Source: Bacteroidales bacterium | GTDB lineage: Bacteria; Bacteroidota; Bacteroidia; Bacteroidales; VadinHA17 | Assembly: GCA_049654745.1 (NCBI GenBank) | Contig: JBASIK010000145.1 | Location: forward strand, 14,122-78,121 | Direction: 5' to 3' | DNA length: 64,000 bases | Shown: piece by piece, positions 1 through 8,965 of the stretch | Position numbering within the stretch: position 1 is the stretch's first letter | Layout: the number at the start of each line of letters is the position of its first letter | Translations under genes and position numbers: made by a program | Notes under the pieces: generated by a model | The model's input: the letters and a program-made list of their open reading frames with translations, nothing else | Told to the model about the DNA's origin: nothing | Database searches by the model: none

Positions 1-133
1 TACCTGGAGTAAATTAAAACAATAAATCACAGGTATTTTTAACTCTTAAAAATAATCCCGGAAAGAGAAAAATTACATCTGAAAGCAACCTTTCCGGCAT
101 TATTTTTGTCTTGATAATTAGATGATTAAATAC

Positions 134-141
134 TAATTTTG
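134..141 (+). promoter_or_regulatory. Bacteroidota-type -7 promoter box TAATTTTG (consensus TAnnTTTG)
   Basis: Exact TAnnTTTG match 28 nt upstream of the ATG at 169. The TTG at 139 used by the ORF track lies inside this box. Confidence 0.4.
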
Positions 142-168
142 TATAACGTTAAACTAAAAATTACTGCC

Positions 169-1551
169 ATGAAAAATACCGTAAGATTCATTTCAGCTGT
201 TGCCGTTGCTTTTATGGCAGGTTTAATTGCCTGTGATAAAATACCGGGTGAAAACCAGAAAGGCACCATTGAATTTGCAATAACTGTGCCCGATGAGGTG
301 GAAGGAATAAAATCGGGTATGAAAGCCGATTCCCTGCCAGCTGTTTATAACCTCCTGGTTTCACTTGAGGATCTCACAGGAAAACATGTAACAGACACAC
401 TGATACCGGTTTATTCCTTCGGGTCAGGTTTTGTTAGTGAAAAACTTGAACTTAATGTTGGTGAATATAAACTTGTAAAATTTATGGTAATCAACCCTGC
501 TGGTGAAGTTTTATTTGCTTCACCGGTAGCAGGTTCATCCATGGCATACCTTGTGAAACGACCTCTTCCAGTGATATTCAGAGTAAATCCCAATATTATA
601 ACCAGGCTGGTGCCTGAAGTTCTCAAAGTGGAGAATATGAACCCGGAGCAGTTCGGATACGTAAATTTCGGCATCAGTGTTGTAACTCCTGTTGCTTTCT
701 GGGTTGCTGCTTTAGCAGAGAATCCAGCTGCTGTTACTGCTTCTCTACCATATACAGAAGCAAAACTTACAGTTTATGCTGCAGATGGCTGGTCGTTTAC
801 TTTCAAACTAACTGGAGGAGTAAACAGACTTATAGTCAGAAAATCTGAAGTCTATAAATTCATAGCAGAAAAGGAAGGCTACCTCCCCTTGAAATTGGAA
901 ATTACATTAATGCAACTATTGCAAACTACTAAGGAGAATCCTCTGTTACTTAAACTCCAACCAGGTATCACTTATTACAAGCTTGTATTACAACCCGGAC
1001 CGGAAGATGGGAAAGATGCAATGATTAGCAATCTTGAACCTGAAAGGAATTTTGGAGATCATAAATATTTTGAGGCCACATTCCTGCCTGAGCCCATACT
1101 TACAGTAATGCGTCTTAACAGAAGCCTGATAGCTTTCAATTTAAATCAATTGCCAAAATCAGCTATAATACGAAAAGCTATTCTGAGACTTTTTTATGAA
1201 ACACCGATTCCGTTCGATAATTCAATAATTACTACTTCCGATAAATTTATCGGAGGAGTATTTCAGCAGGTAATTGAGCCATGGGATGAACATAAGGTTA
1301 CGTGGAATAACCAGCCGGCAACAACCGAACTCAACCAGGTATTTCTTCCGCCATTTATCAGCGATAAAAACTTTGTCGAAGTTGACATAACAAGGCTTAT
1401 AGTACCGGTAAATTCTGTCAACTTACCTAACTATGGTATAAAGTTTAAACTTATCCCGGAAGATAAATTTCCTGGTTTCAGATTTGCATCAAGCGATCAT
1501 CCAAACAGTACACTCAGACCAACACTAATAATATATTACACACTGCCTTAA
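169..1551 (+). CDS. Lipoprotein with C-terminal DNRLRE-like domain
   Basis: Long ORF 139-1551. I prefer the ATG at 169, giving MKNTVRFISAVAVAFMAGLIAC (signal peptide plus lipobox Cys). The C-terminal block NFGDHKYFEATF..RSLIAFNL..AILRLFYE..EPWDEHKVTWNNQPA fits the DNRLRE-domain pattern as I recall it. Confidence 0.65.
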   Translation: MKNTVRFISAVAVAFMAGLIACDKIPGENQKGTIEFAITVPDEVEGIKSGMKADSLPAVYNLLVSLEDLTGKHVTDTLIPVYSFGSGFVSEKLELNVGEYKLVKFMVINPAGEVLFASPVAGSSMAYLVKRPLPVIFRVNPNIITRLVPEVLKVENMNPEQFGYVNFGISVVTPVAFWVAALAENPAAVTASLPYTEAKLTVYAADGWSFTFKLTGGVNRLIVRKSEVYKFIAEKEGYLPLKLEITLMQLLQTTKENPLLLKLQPGITYYKLVLQPGPEDGKDAMISNLEPERNFGDHKYFEATFLPEPILTVMRLNRSLIAFNLNQLPKSAIIRKAILRLFYETPIPFDNSIITTSDKFIGGVFQQVIEPWDEHKVTWNNQPATTELNQVFLPPFISDKNFVEVDITRLIVPVNSVNLPNYGIKFKLIPEDKFPGFRFASSDHPNSTLRPTLIIYYTLP

Positions 1552-1562
1552 AGTAAGATATA

Positions 1563-1596
1563 AAAAGGAGCATCGTTTTATGCTCCTTTTTTATTT
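1563..1596 (+). terminator. Rho-independent terminator
   Basis: Stem aaaaggagcat / atgctcctttt (1563-1573 / 1580-1590) followed by a T-rich tract, 12 nt after the stop codon. Confidence 0.6.
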
Positions 1597-1629
1597 TATT
1601 TTCTTTATTTATATTTGCATCCCGAAAAC

Positions 1630-1702
1630 TGCTCCGTGGTGTAATTGGCAACACGTCTGACTCTGGATCAGAAAAGTTCAGGTTCGAGCCCTGACGGAGC
1701 AA
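1630..1702 (+). tRNA. tRNA-Gln (anticodon CTG), no encoded CCA
   Basis: Hand-folded cloverleaf. Acceptor TGCTCCG/CGGAGCA with U1:A72 as in bacterial tRNA-Gln. D stem GTGT/ACAC. Anticodon stem TCTGA/TCAGA with loop CTCTGGA (anticodon CTG). T stem TCAGG/CCTGA with loop TTCGAGC. Confidence 0.9.
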
Positions 1703-1817
1703 CGAAGTAGCGGAGGAAGGGCGAGAAGCTGCGAACCCGACCGACGGGTGAGCAGTCCCGATAGCAAAGCGTATCGGGAAGCCCTGACGGAGCAACGAAG
1801 TGGCGGAGGAAGGGCGA
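1687..1817. repeat. 38-nt direct repeat duplicating the 3' end of tRNA-Gln (copies 1687-1724 and 1780-1817)
   Basis: agccctgacggagcaacgaagt[a/g]gcggaggaagggcga occurs twice, 93 bp apart, with one mismatch. Copy 1 starts in the T-loop of the tRNA. Confidence 0.9.
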
Positions 1818-1827
1818 AAGATTAGAA

Positions 1828-1853
1828 AGCCGATTTTTATCGGCTATTTTTTT
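1828..1853 (+). terminator. Rho-independent terminator after the tRNA/repeat region
   Basis: Stem agccgat / atcggct (1828-1834 / 1839-1845), loop tttt, then a tttttttt run. Confidence 0.6.
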
Positions 1854-2267
1854 ATTACTCTGACATTTTCTCCTCTGTCGCCTGCAACAATCGCATTATT
1901 ATAGATCCCCGGGACTCCTTCAAAATTTATTTCAATAACCTGCCGGTTCCTGAAATTCTCATTTCTTTTTTCTTCCGGGGAATCTGAAAGATATATTCCA
2001 TTATCATCGGTATCAGAATTAAGGGAATTTGTTTCATCGGAGTCTTTATGCCATTATGGTTTGCATCTACAACTCCGTCAAGAAGACCATCATTATCCGT
2101 ATCCTTATCTTTTGCATCGGTCCCGTATATTGCTTCTTAAGCATCACTCAAACCATCTCCGTAGGTATCCACCTGAGCAAAAACAACAGGAGCAAATAAT
2201 AAAAGTATGAAAGTATGAAAGCAGTTAAGCAAATAATTTTTTTTGTGATTTCCTGGTTTTTTTTCAT
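1844..2267 (-). pseudogene. Decayed secreted thrombospondin-type-3-repeat (Ca-binding) protein gene
   Basis: The minus strand reads ATG..MKKNQEITKKIICLTAF. An 8-bp tandem duplication (agtatgaa x2, 2204-2219) breaks the frame. With one copy removed the frame gives a signal peptide ILLLFAPVVFAQ then DTYGDGLSDA, an in-frame TAA (2137-2139), and KDKDTDNDGLLDG. After a frameshift near 2040-2055 it gives DSDETNSLNSDTDDNG and ends at the TAG at 1844-1846. No intact ORF of 60 aa or more is in the track here. Confidence 0.6.
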
Positions 2268-2568
2268 TAGGCCAAATATTCTCTCTTTAATTTTTTTCTA
2301 TTTGTCGGATAAAAAATTTGAACTTATCAGATTAATTAAAAATCCAATATCATAATTCATTTATGTTGACCATCAGGCAACTGATATAGAAAGAATGGCA
2401 GGCAATACTCAGGAAACAATATAACCTAAAATATACAACTGCTATTTTATGATAAATTGAGCAAGAGAGAACTATTTAATTTTTATAACTATATATTTAG
2501 TTAATGTAATTGTGAATAAACAGTAGCAGTTATGTTAACAACTTTTTTATTACAACTAATTTTTTACA

Positions 2569-2576
2569 TACGTTTG
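2569..2576 (+). promoter_or_regulatory. Candidate -7 box TACGTTTG
   Basis: TAnnTTTG match 28 nt upstream of the GTG start at 2604, within a 330-bp AT-rich ORF-free stretch. Confidence 0.3.
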
Positions 2577-2603
2577 TTTTAGATTCGTAGAAAAATCATA
2601 TTT

Positions 2604-3608
2604 GTGAAGGTTCTCATCATTTACAATCTCGATCCCGAATGGGACAAAAATGAAATAAGAGAAACCCGAAAATCGAACAGGGTAGTATACGAATCACTCA
2701 AAAACTACGGGATTGAAACATGTCTCGAAGAAGTTAACAACCCTTATCTGGAAAAGATTCTGGATAAATATAATCCGGAAAATACAATTGTTTTCAATCT
2801 TTGTGAAAATCTTCCAGGGGTACCTTACAGCGAGCAAAGGGTTGTGGAAATAATTGAAAACAGAGGATTCATCTATACAGGCAACCCTCCTGAAGTAATA
2901 GGCCTCAGTTACAACAAACATAAAGTTAAAGAGATTCTTACCTCTATTGGTGTAACGGTCCCATACGGTGCCGTTCTTGCTCCTGATGATGCTGCCGACT
3001 GGGATATTTTCCCGGCTATTGTTAAACCTTCCTATGAACATTGCAGTCTGACCCTTACAGAAAGATCAGTAGTATACGACACTGCATCCCTTTATGAACA
3101 GATCCTGCTGGTGGAAAAGGAACTGAAGCAGCCTGCTCTTGTTGAGGATTTTATTGATGGCCGTGAATTCCATGTTTCGGTTTGGAATAACAATCCACCC
3201 GAAATATTGCCACCAGTTGAGATGGACTTTTCAGCTTTTCAGGAACCAAGAAAACGGCTCTGCACATACGACTCAAAGTTCATACCTGGTTCAGAACATT
3301 ACGAAAAAATTGAGTCAAAAGTACCGGTATATATTGATAAAGATCTGTATAAAAAACTGAAGAAAGAAGTGCTGGCTGCATGGAAAATAGTTGGATGTGT
3401 CGACTATGCACGTTTCGACTTCAGACTGCGTGATGGCAAATTATATCTGCTAGACGTTAACCCTAACAACGATTTAAGTTTTGACACAAGTTTTGCAATG
3501 GCGGCAGAAGCAAAAGGTTATTCATACGGCAGTATGATAAAGCGGATTGTGATGATGGCCCTCGAACGGCATCCTGTTCTTTGCACGAAAGCCCCCTTAT
3601 TATTGTAA
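2604..3608 (+). CDS. ATP-grasp protein, D-alanine--D-alanine ligase-like paralogue
   Basis: 334-aa ORF with a GTG start. The C-terminal half (PAIVKPSYEH.S, ALVEDFIDGREFHVSV, YARFDFRLRDGKLYLLDVNPNNDLS) has ATP-grasp/Ddl-type layout. The N-terminus lacks the canonical Ddl GG.S.EHEVS motif. Confidence 0.65.
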   Translation: MKVLIIYNLDPEWDKNEIRETRKSNRVVYESLKNYGIETCLEEVNNPYLEKILDKYNPENTIVFNLCENLPGVPYSEQRVVEIIENRGFIYTGNPPEVIGLSYNKHKVKEILTSIGVTVPYGAVLAPDDAADWDIFPAIVKPSYEHCSLTLTERSVVYDTASLYEQILLVEKELKQPALVEDFIDGREFHVSVWNNNPPEILPPVEMDFSAFQEPRKRLCTYDSKFIPGSEHYEKIESKVPVYIDKDLYKKLKKEVLAAWKIVGCVDYARFDFRLRDGKLYLLDVNPNNDLSFDTSFAMAAEAKGYSYGSMIKRIVMMALERHPVLCTKAPLLL

Positions 3609-3710
3609 AAAGTTTTTGATTTCTCTGCAGAGCTGATTCAGTGATTCAGTTTTTCGACTTAAACTTATGCACAGCTGCAGCAACAGCATATATTTAACTT
3701 ACGGTTATTG

Positions 3711-4853
3711 CTACTGATACACTCTTATGTAATCAACTATCATGTGCTGAGGAAATGTAGTTGTTTGATCGGGATTACCAGGCCATGTGCCACCAACTGC
3801 AACGTTAAAGATAAAAAACATTGGAAGTCTAATAGGGAATCCTTTTATTTCCTCGCGTGTTTTGCTGAAGAACTGGTTGCCATCGACAAACCATCTGATG
3901 CGCGTGGGAGTCCATACCAGACTGAATACATGAAACTCTGTACTGAACTTTCCTGACGGAAGATTATATGTACCGGTAACATAGGTATGACCATTAAAAT
4001 TCCAGTGGAGTGCACCATAAGATGTTGAAGGTGCATGGCCAAGAGATTCCATTATGTCTATTTCACCGCAGGTGGGCCAGCCAACACTTGAAAAATTGGC
4101 CCCCAGCATCCATAAAGCTGGCCACAACCCTTTACCTTCCGGCAACATGGCTCTTATTTCAACTTTTCCATTGGTGAATTCTTTTTTGCCTTTTGTTGTT
4201 ATTCTTCCCGAAGTGTATGAGCCCGTGGAAGGATTAAGTGCTGTTATATGAAGATATCCGCTGTCGAGATGAACATTTTCATTAGAATTTGTATATGTTT
4301 GCAACTCATTGTTGCCCCATCCCCCTCCTCCGGTTTCATAATTCCAGAAAACTGTACTCAGTGAACCACCATTAAACTCATCACTCCATACAAGGGTTTC
4401 GTAATCAGTATTCAATATTTTTATTACCAGTTCACTGCCAGGTAAGACACAATTCTCGGCATTTTCAAGTTTGATTTTAAAAGCTGCATCGTAAATCTTC
4501 TCACTGTTAGGAATGATCTCAACTCTTATAATCACGTATGTTTCGCCAGGTTTAAATGAAATTTTCTCCCTTGAAATGCTTTTGTAATCCTTCCCTGCCT
4601 TAGCTGTACTGTCAGCAGTATAATACTCGAAACTTCCTCCTGTTTTTGGTACAATTGAAAGATACATCGGAATCTCTGCCACACCATTCGGTTCATCTTC
4701 CGATACAGATATTTCTGTATCGCCTACGAGAAGCTTTGGATATTTACCCTGTGTCGAATCTTTCTCACATGATGCCGAAATAATCATTAATAAAACGCAA
4801 AAAACGTAAAAATACGCCCTGCTGAAATCCCAAATAAACTTGAAAATAATCAT
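3711..4853 (-). CDS. Glycoside hydrolase family 16 (beta-glucanase/laminarinase type) lipoprotein with N-terminal Calx-beta-like domain
   Basis: WSDEFNG, NNELQTYT and the GH16 catalytic ExDxxE motif GEIDIME. N-terminal AKAGKDYKSISREKISFKPGETYVIIRVEI resembles Calx-beta. Signal/lipobox IISASC. Confidence 0.85.
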   Translation of the reverse strand: MIIFKFIWDFSRAYFYVFCVLLMIISASCEKDSTQGKYPKLLVGDTEISVSEDEPNGVAEIPMYLSIVPKTGGSFEYYTADSTAKAGKDYKSISREKISFKPGETYVIIRVEIIPNSEKIYDAAFKIKLENAENCVLPGSELVIKILNTDYETLVWSDEFNGGSLSTVFWNYETGGGGWGNNELQTYTNSNENVHLDSGYLHITALNPSTGSYTSGRITTKGKKEFTNGKVEIRAMLPEGKGLWPALWMLGANFSSVGWPTCGEIDIMESLGHAPSTSYGALHWNFNGHTYVTGTYNLPSGKFSTEFHVFSLVWTPTRIRWFVDGNQFFSKTREEIKGFPIRLPMFFIFNVAVGGTWPGNPDQTTTFPQHMIVDYIRVYQ

Positions 4854-4918
4854 CTTAACTATAAATTAACGTTTCTCAAAAGTAATCAAATTATGTCAAA
4901 TTATTTCTCCTGGCTAAT

Positions 4919-5416
4919 TCACCATATTCCTGTCCGGCTAATTTGGTCGACAAGCTTTAGTATGTCGGGAATTCTGAAATTTCCCGGCATTTTTTCTATG
5001 AGAGAGGCTGCTTCAAAGGTATCAATTCCGGCAGAAGTAATGTAAAGCGGTCTCCGACTTCTCCCTCTGAAAACCTTAACAGCTTCTGTTCCTTTGAAAA
5101 ATGTCTTAGCCACTCCAATAACAATTACTTTCTCACCGAGTGTTCTCCATAAATGACGTCCTAGCCCAGGCTTATTACCGGGATCAATATACCCGTCAAT
5201 AATCAAAATATCAATTTTTTCCTTTATCTTTTCCAGAACATTAATGATACAGGGCAATTCACGCTTATAAAACTGCCCTGAAATATAATTCTCCGCATTC
5301 TGAATTTCACTTATATAAACCGCATAAGGTTCATTATCAGTAAAAGAAGAAAAAACCACAGCTGCAGCAACAGCACCTGAATCCTCTCTGTAATATACGT
5401 CAACAGCAGTTATCAT
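4919..5416 (-). CDS. Endonuclease V family protein (short form)
   Basis: AVDVYY, YISGQFYKRE, IIDGYIDPGNKPGLGRHL and IGVAKT align with the Nfi blocks GADVGF / YIPGFLSFRE / VDGHGISHPRRLG / IGVAKK. At 165 aa it lacks about 30 N-terminal residues compared with E. coli Nfi. Confidence 0.55.
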   Translation of the reverse strand: MITAVDVYYREDSGAVAAAVVFSSFTDNEPYAVYISEIQNAENYISGQFYKRELPCIINVLEKIKEKIDILIIDGYIDPGNKPGLGRHLWRTLGEKVIVIGVAKTFFKGTEAVKVFRGRSRRPLYITSAGIDTFEAASLIEKMPGNFRIPDILKLVDQISRTGIW

Positions 5417-5525
5417 TATTGAATTATATACTTAATTCTTCGTCCTGAAGCAAAATCAGCTCCGTAGGGAAAAGTATTTTTATAAAAGAGAACTAAATTT
5501 ACTTTAAAATATACATTTTCTCAAT

Positions 5526-6287
5526 ATGACATTTGCAGGAGAAAACACACCGGGAAGTGTCCATATAGGTACATCAGGATGGAGCTACGCACACTGGGCA
5601 GGGGTATTTTATCCCGGGGATATTAAGCCGGCAAAATATCTTGAATACTACACCACCCACTTCAGTTGTGTCGAGCTGAATTCAAGTTTCTATCATCTTC
5701 CGTCGGAATCAACTGTCAAAGGCTGGCTTAATCGTACACCAGATTCATTTATTTTCTGCCCAAAATTCAGCAGGTTTGTTACTCATGAACTGCACCTTCT
5801 GAATGCCGGCGAAGCAACTGAAAGATTTTTTGAAGTGTTCAGCGAACTAAATCCCAAACTGGGTCCGGTTCTTATTCAGCTACCCCCCTCCCTGAAATAT
5901 GATGAGTCCCTGGTTTCAAACTTTCTGGGTATGCTAAAGGAAAAATATTCTTCATTCCAGTTTGCAGTGGAAATAAGAAATAAATCCTTCTTATCTGAAA
6001 AATTTTTCAACCTTTTGAACAGCTATAACATGGCATTTGTAATTGCTGACTCAGGAAACAGGTATCCTTACAGTGAAGCTGTTACAGCAGGGTTTATTTA
6101 CATCAGGTTCCACGGCCGGGAAAACCTCTACGCTTCAGATTACAACGAAGACATTCTCCGTGAGTATGCCGAAAAGATAAAAAAATGGAACCATGAAGGG
6201 AAAGAAGTATGGGTATTTTTCAACAATGATTTTCATGGTTATGCTGTGAAAAACGCTTTAAGCCTGATGAAAATGTTAAATTCCTGA
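5526..6287 (+). CDS. DUF72 (YecE/UPF0759) family protein
   Basis: IGTSGWSYAHWAGVFYP..YLEYYTTHFSCVELNSSFY..VLIQLPPS is the typical DUF72 signature. Confidence 0.85.
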   Translation: MTFAGENTPGSVHIGTSGWSYAHWAGVFYPGDIKPAKYLEYYTTHFSCVELNSSFYHLPSESTVKGWLNRTPDSFIFCPKFSRFVTHELHLLNAGEATERFFEVFSELNPKLGPVLIQLPPSLKYDESLVSNFLGMLKEKYSSFQFAVEIRNKSFLSEKFFNLLNSYNMAFVIADSGNRYPYSEAVTAGFIYIRFHGRENLYASDYNEDILREYAEKIKKWNHEGKEVWVFFNNDFHGYAVKNALSLMKMLNS

Positions 6288-6289
6288 GA

Positions 6290-6562
6290 TCAGTACTTGA
6301 TTGAAAAGTCTTTATAGCCAACCGGAGGGTATGTACTTACTTTAACCGACTCTACATAACCAGGGCCTTCGTTGCACCATTTCACGAGAGCCTCCAGCTG
6401 TTCCCTGTCTCCTTCAGCCTCAATGTACACACTACCATCAGGCATGTTACGCACATATCCTTTTATTCCCAGTCGTCTGGCTTCCCTTACAGTACAGTAT
6501 CTGAATCCTACTCCCTGAACATAACCGGTAACCTGTATTTTATAAAGAACTATTTCTCCCAT
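6290..6562 (-). CDS. acyP: Acylphosphatase
   Basis: 90 aa with VTGYVQGVGFRY..GIKGYVRNMPDGSVYIEAEG, the classic acylphosphatase motifs. Confidence 0.9.
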   Translation of the reverse strand: MGEIVLYKIQVTGYVQGVGFRYCTVREARRLGIKGYVRNMPDGSVYIEAEGDREQLEALVKWCNEGPGYVESVKVSTYPPVGYKDFSIKY

Positions 6563-6671
6563 TTTATTTCCTTTGATGCAAGGCTTCTTGGTAGAACATA
6601 AAATTAAGAAATCTTTTTTTCGTTCAGAATTCCCGTTTGTTTTTATAATTTTGATTTAAAACAAATTAATA

Positions 6672-7814
6672 ATGAGAACTTTATTTCTTTCATCAATCCT
6701 TCTTACAGCACTAATTCTGGTTACTGGCTCATCGGTTGAAAGGCTGAGGCCTGCCGACAGAAAGGCCACCCGTGAAACTGTTAACCTTTTCAGAGCTCTT
6801 TACAGACTTCAGCAGAGAGGAGTAATGTACGGGCATCAGGATGACCTCATGTATGGCTATACCTGGTGGTATGAAAAAGGCAGATCTGACACCCGTGATT
6901 TTACGGGCGATTATCCGGCTGTTGCAGGTTTTGAGCTTGGACATTTAGAACTGGGTGATGAAAGAAGTATTGATTCGGTTCTCTTCGATCATATTGCAGA
7001 ACAGATAAAAGAGCATTACAGGAGGGGTGGCGTTATTACTATCAGCTGGCATGCAAAAAACCCACTTACAATTCAGGACCCGGCCTCTGCCTCAAGGCGT
7101 CAGGGCGGAACAGCGTGGGACGTGAGCTCAAAAGAAGTGGTTTCATCAATACTGCCAGGTGGCAGAAATCACGAACTTTTTAATACCTGGCTTGAGCGAC
7201 TTGCTTCATTTTTCATGAAACTTAAAGATGACGATGGCACTCCGATACCTTTTATTTTCAGGCCATATCATGAACATTCCGGTTCATTTTTCTGGTGGGG
7301 CACCGGTTTGTGCTCCGATGAGGAATACGCTGCCCTGTGGAGATATACTGTAAGTTTTCTGCGCGATAAAAAGAAAATCCACAATATTCTGTATGCATAC
7401 AACACCGACAGGGTCACAAGCCTTGAACAATATATGAAAGGTTACCCTGGAGATGATGTTATCGATATGCTGTCGCTCGACATGTATGATCGTGGTCCTC
7501 AATTCGGACCAGAACTTGATAATGCACTCAGATTTGTTACATCCGAAGCTGCAAGAAGGAAAAAGCTTTCAGCCCTGAGTGAAACAGGTCCCCGGCGAGG
7601 GATGACCGATTGGTGGTCGTCGATCCTGATGCCTGTTCTAGATAAATATCAGGTAAGTTATGTGCTCACATGGCGTCATCCATACAGCCGGCGCTTCGCA
7701 ACATCAATTAAAGAACCTTTCCCTGAAGATTTTCTTAATTTCTTCAAATGGCAAAAATCGCTCTTTCTGAGCGATATAAAAGATGAAAATATTTACGGGA
7801 AAAAGAAAAGATAA
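6672..7814 (+). CDS. Glycoside hydrolase family 26 (beta-mannanase-like), secreted
   Basis: Signal peptide. GHQDD, ISWHAKNP and FRPYHEHSGSFFWWG (acid/base Glu context) follow the GH26 pattern. Confidence 0.8.
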   Translation: MRTLFLSSILLTALILVTGSSVERLRPADRKATRETVNLFRALYRLQQRGVMYGHQDDLMYGYTWWYEKGRSDTRDFTGDYPAVAGFELGHLELGDERSIDSVLFDHIAEQIKEHYRRGGVITISWHAKNPLTIQDPASASRRQGGTAWDVSSKEVVSSILPGGRNHELFNTWLERLASFFMKLKDDDGTPIPFIFRPYHEHSGSFFWWGTGLCSDEEYAALWRYTVSFLRDKKKIHNILYAYNTDRVTSLEQYMKGYPGDDVIDMLSLDMYDRGPQFGPELDNALRFVTSEAARRKKLSALSETGPRRGMTDWWSSILMPVLDKYQVSYVLTWRHPYSRRFATSIKEPFPEDFLNFFKWQKSLFLSDIKDENIYGKKKR

Positions 7815-7820
7815 TTCCTG

Positions 7821-8858
7821 TTAATTATCTTTTACGCAACGGACTGACATTCCGCTCTTTTTGCTGCTGCTGCTTCTATCGATATTTGGATAACTGTTTG
7901 ACATACTTCTGTAATATGCTTCACCTTCGGAAAATGAAGTTGAAGTCCACCAGTAACCAAACCGGCCTATACCGTTGAAAGAACCGATGGGATAACGATA
8001 CCCTCCGGGCAGGGCCGTGAAGCCCGATTCATTCGTAGCACCTGCATTAGGGCTAAACCAGTGACTCAAACCCTTTTCCTTGAGTTTCCCGCCTGCAATA
8101 TCTTTCCCTCCCAGAAAATCTGTCGTGGCACTCCATTCGTCATCCGAAGGCACATGCCATCCGGCAGGACACAATTTGCCTGTATTTACTGAATACCAGT
8201 TGTAGAGGGCTCCATATGAGACAGAATCATTATTGTACCAGCAATATCCCGGATAAGTAAACGTTGAAGAGTTCCATCCAGAAGCATCTGGTACAAATGA
8301 TATAGGTGTTCCGTCATTCAGTTTCGTCGTACGAAGGTTTTCAGCCATCCACTCCATTGCCCCGATAACAACTGTGCGGTAGGTATTACCTTCAATATCA
8401 ACTACAGAACCATAGGTTATATCCTGGTTAAAGTTTATTACAATTGGTCGTGGATTAGTAGTTGTAAATGTCTTTTCACCTCCGTTTGATGAACCCCCTT
8501 CATTCACTGCAACAACCCTGAAATAATATTTTGTCCCGGGTAAAAGTCCGGTCAGGTGGGCTTTTACATTAGTAACTTTATTATCGGATATGGTATCCGG
8601 ATCAGCTTCAGCTTTCAGCTTATAAGATGTTGTGGTATCATATTCAAAAGTAACATACGTAATCTTATTGTTAGGGTTAATGGTTCCGTTGAGTGTAGCC
8701 CATCCCTGCCCTACATTGGTTGCATCTACTGTTGTTGCAGTGGGTCCTGTCGCACCACCCGGCGAATTTTTATCATCCTTTTTGCATGAAAAACTAAGAG
8801 CTGTCATCAATAACAGACAAATCACTGTTGTAAATTCCATTTTCATTTTTTCCCCCAT
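7821..8858 (-). CDS. FISUMP (Fibrobacter succinogenes major paralogous) domain lipoprotein with N-terminal Fn3-like domain
   Basis: Lipobox LSFSC. YYFRVVAVNEGG suggests Fn3. WMAENL, GALYNW, CPAGWHVPSDDEW, GYWWTST and SVRCVKD are the FISUMP motifs. Confidence 0.8.
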   Translation of the reverse strand: MGEKMKMEFTTVICLLLMTALSFSCKKDDKNSPGGATGPTATTVDATNVGQGWATLNGTINPNNKITYVTFEYDTTTSYKLKAEADPDTISDNKVTNVKAHLTGLLPGTKYYFRVVAVNEGGSSNGGEKTFTTTNPRPIVINFNQDITYGSVVDIEGNTYRTVVIGAMEWMAENLRTTKLNDGTPISFVPDASGWNSSTFTYPGYCWYNNDSVSYGALYNWYSVNTGKLCPAGWHVPSDDEWSATTDFLGGKDIAGGKLKEKGLSHWFSPNAGATNESGFTALPGGYRYPIGSFNGIGRFGYWWTSTSFSEGEAYYRSMSNSYPNIDRSSSSKKSGMSVRCVKDN

Positions 8859-8965
8859 TGCATAATCAGTTTAAATCCACCTTATATATGTTTAAAGCAA
8901 CATGAAATTCAATTATCTGCAAAATTATAAGCCTGCCTGAGAGTATCTATGAATCTATACTCAGC

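Noticed and set aside
1514-1795. 93-aa minus-strand ORF
   Set aside because: It lies entirely across the tRNA-Gln gene, the terminator hairpin and the 38-nt repeat. It is an artefact of GC-richer RNA-gene sequence.
1725-1795. Possible second (degenerate) tRNA ending in the downstream copy of the repeat
   Set aside because: Only the 3' acceptor and part of the T-arm are duplicated. No matching 5' acceptor strand, D-arm or anticodon arm can be folded. The T-stem partner is replaced by the tcccgata/tatcggga hairpin.
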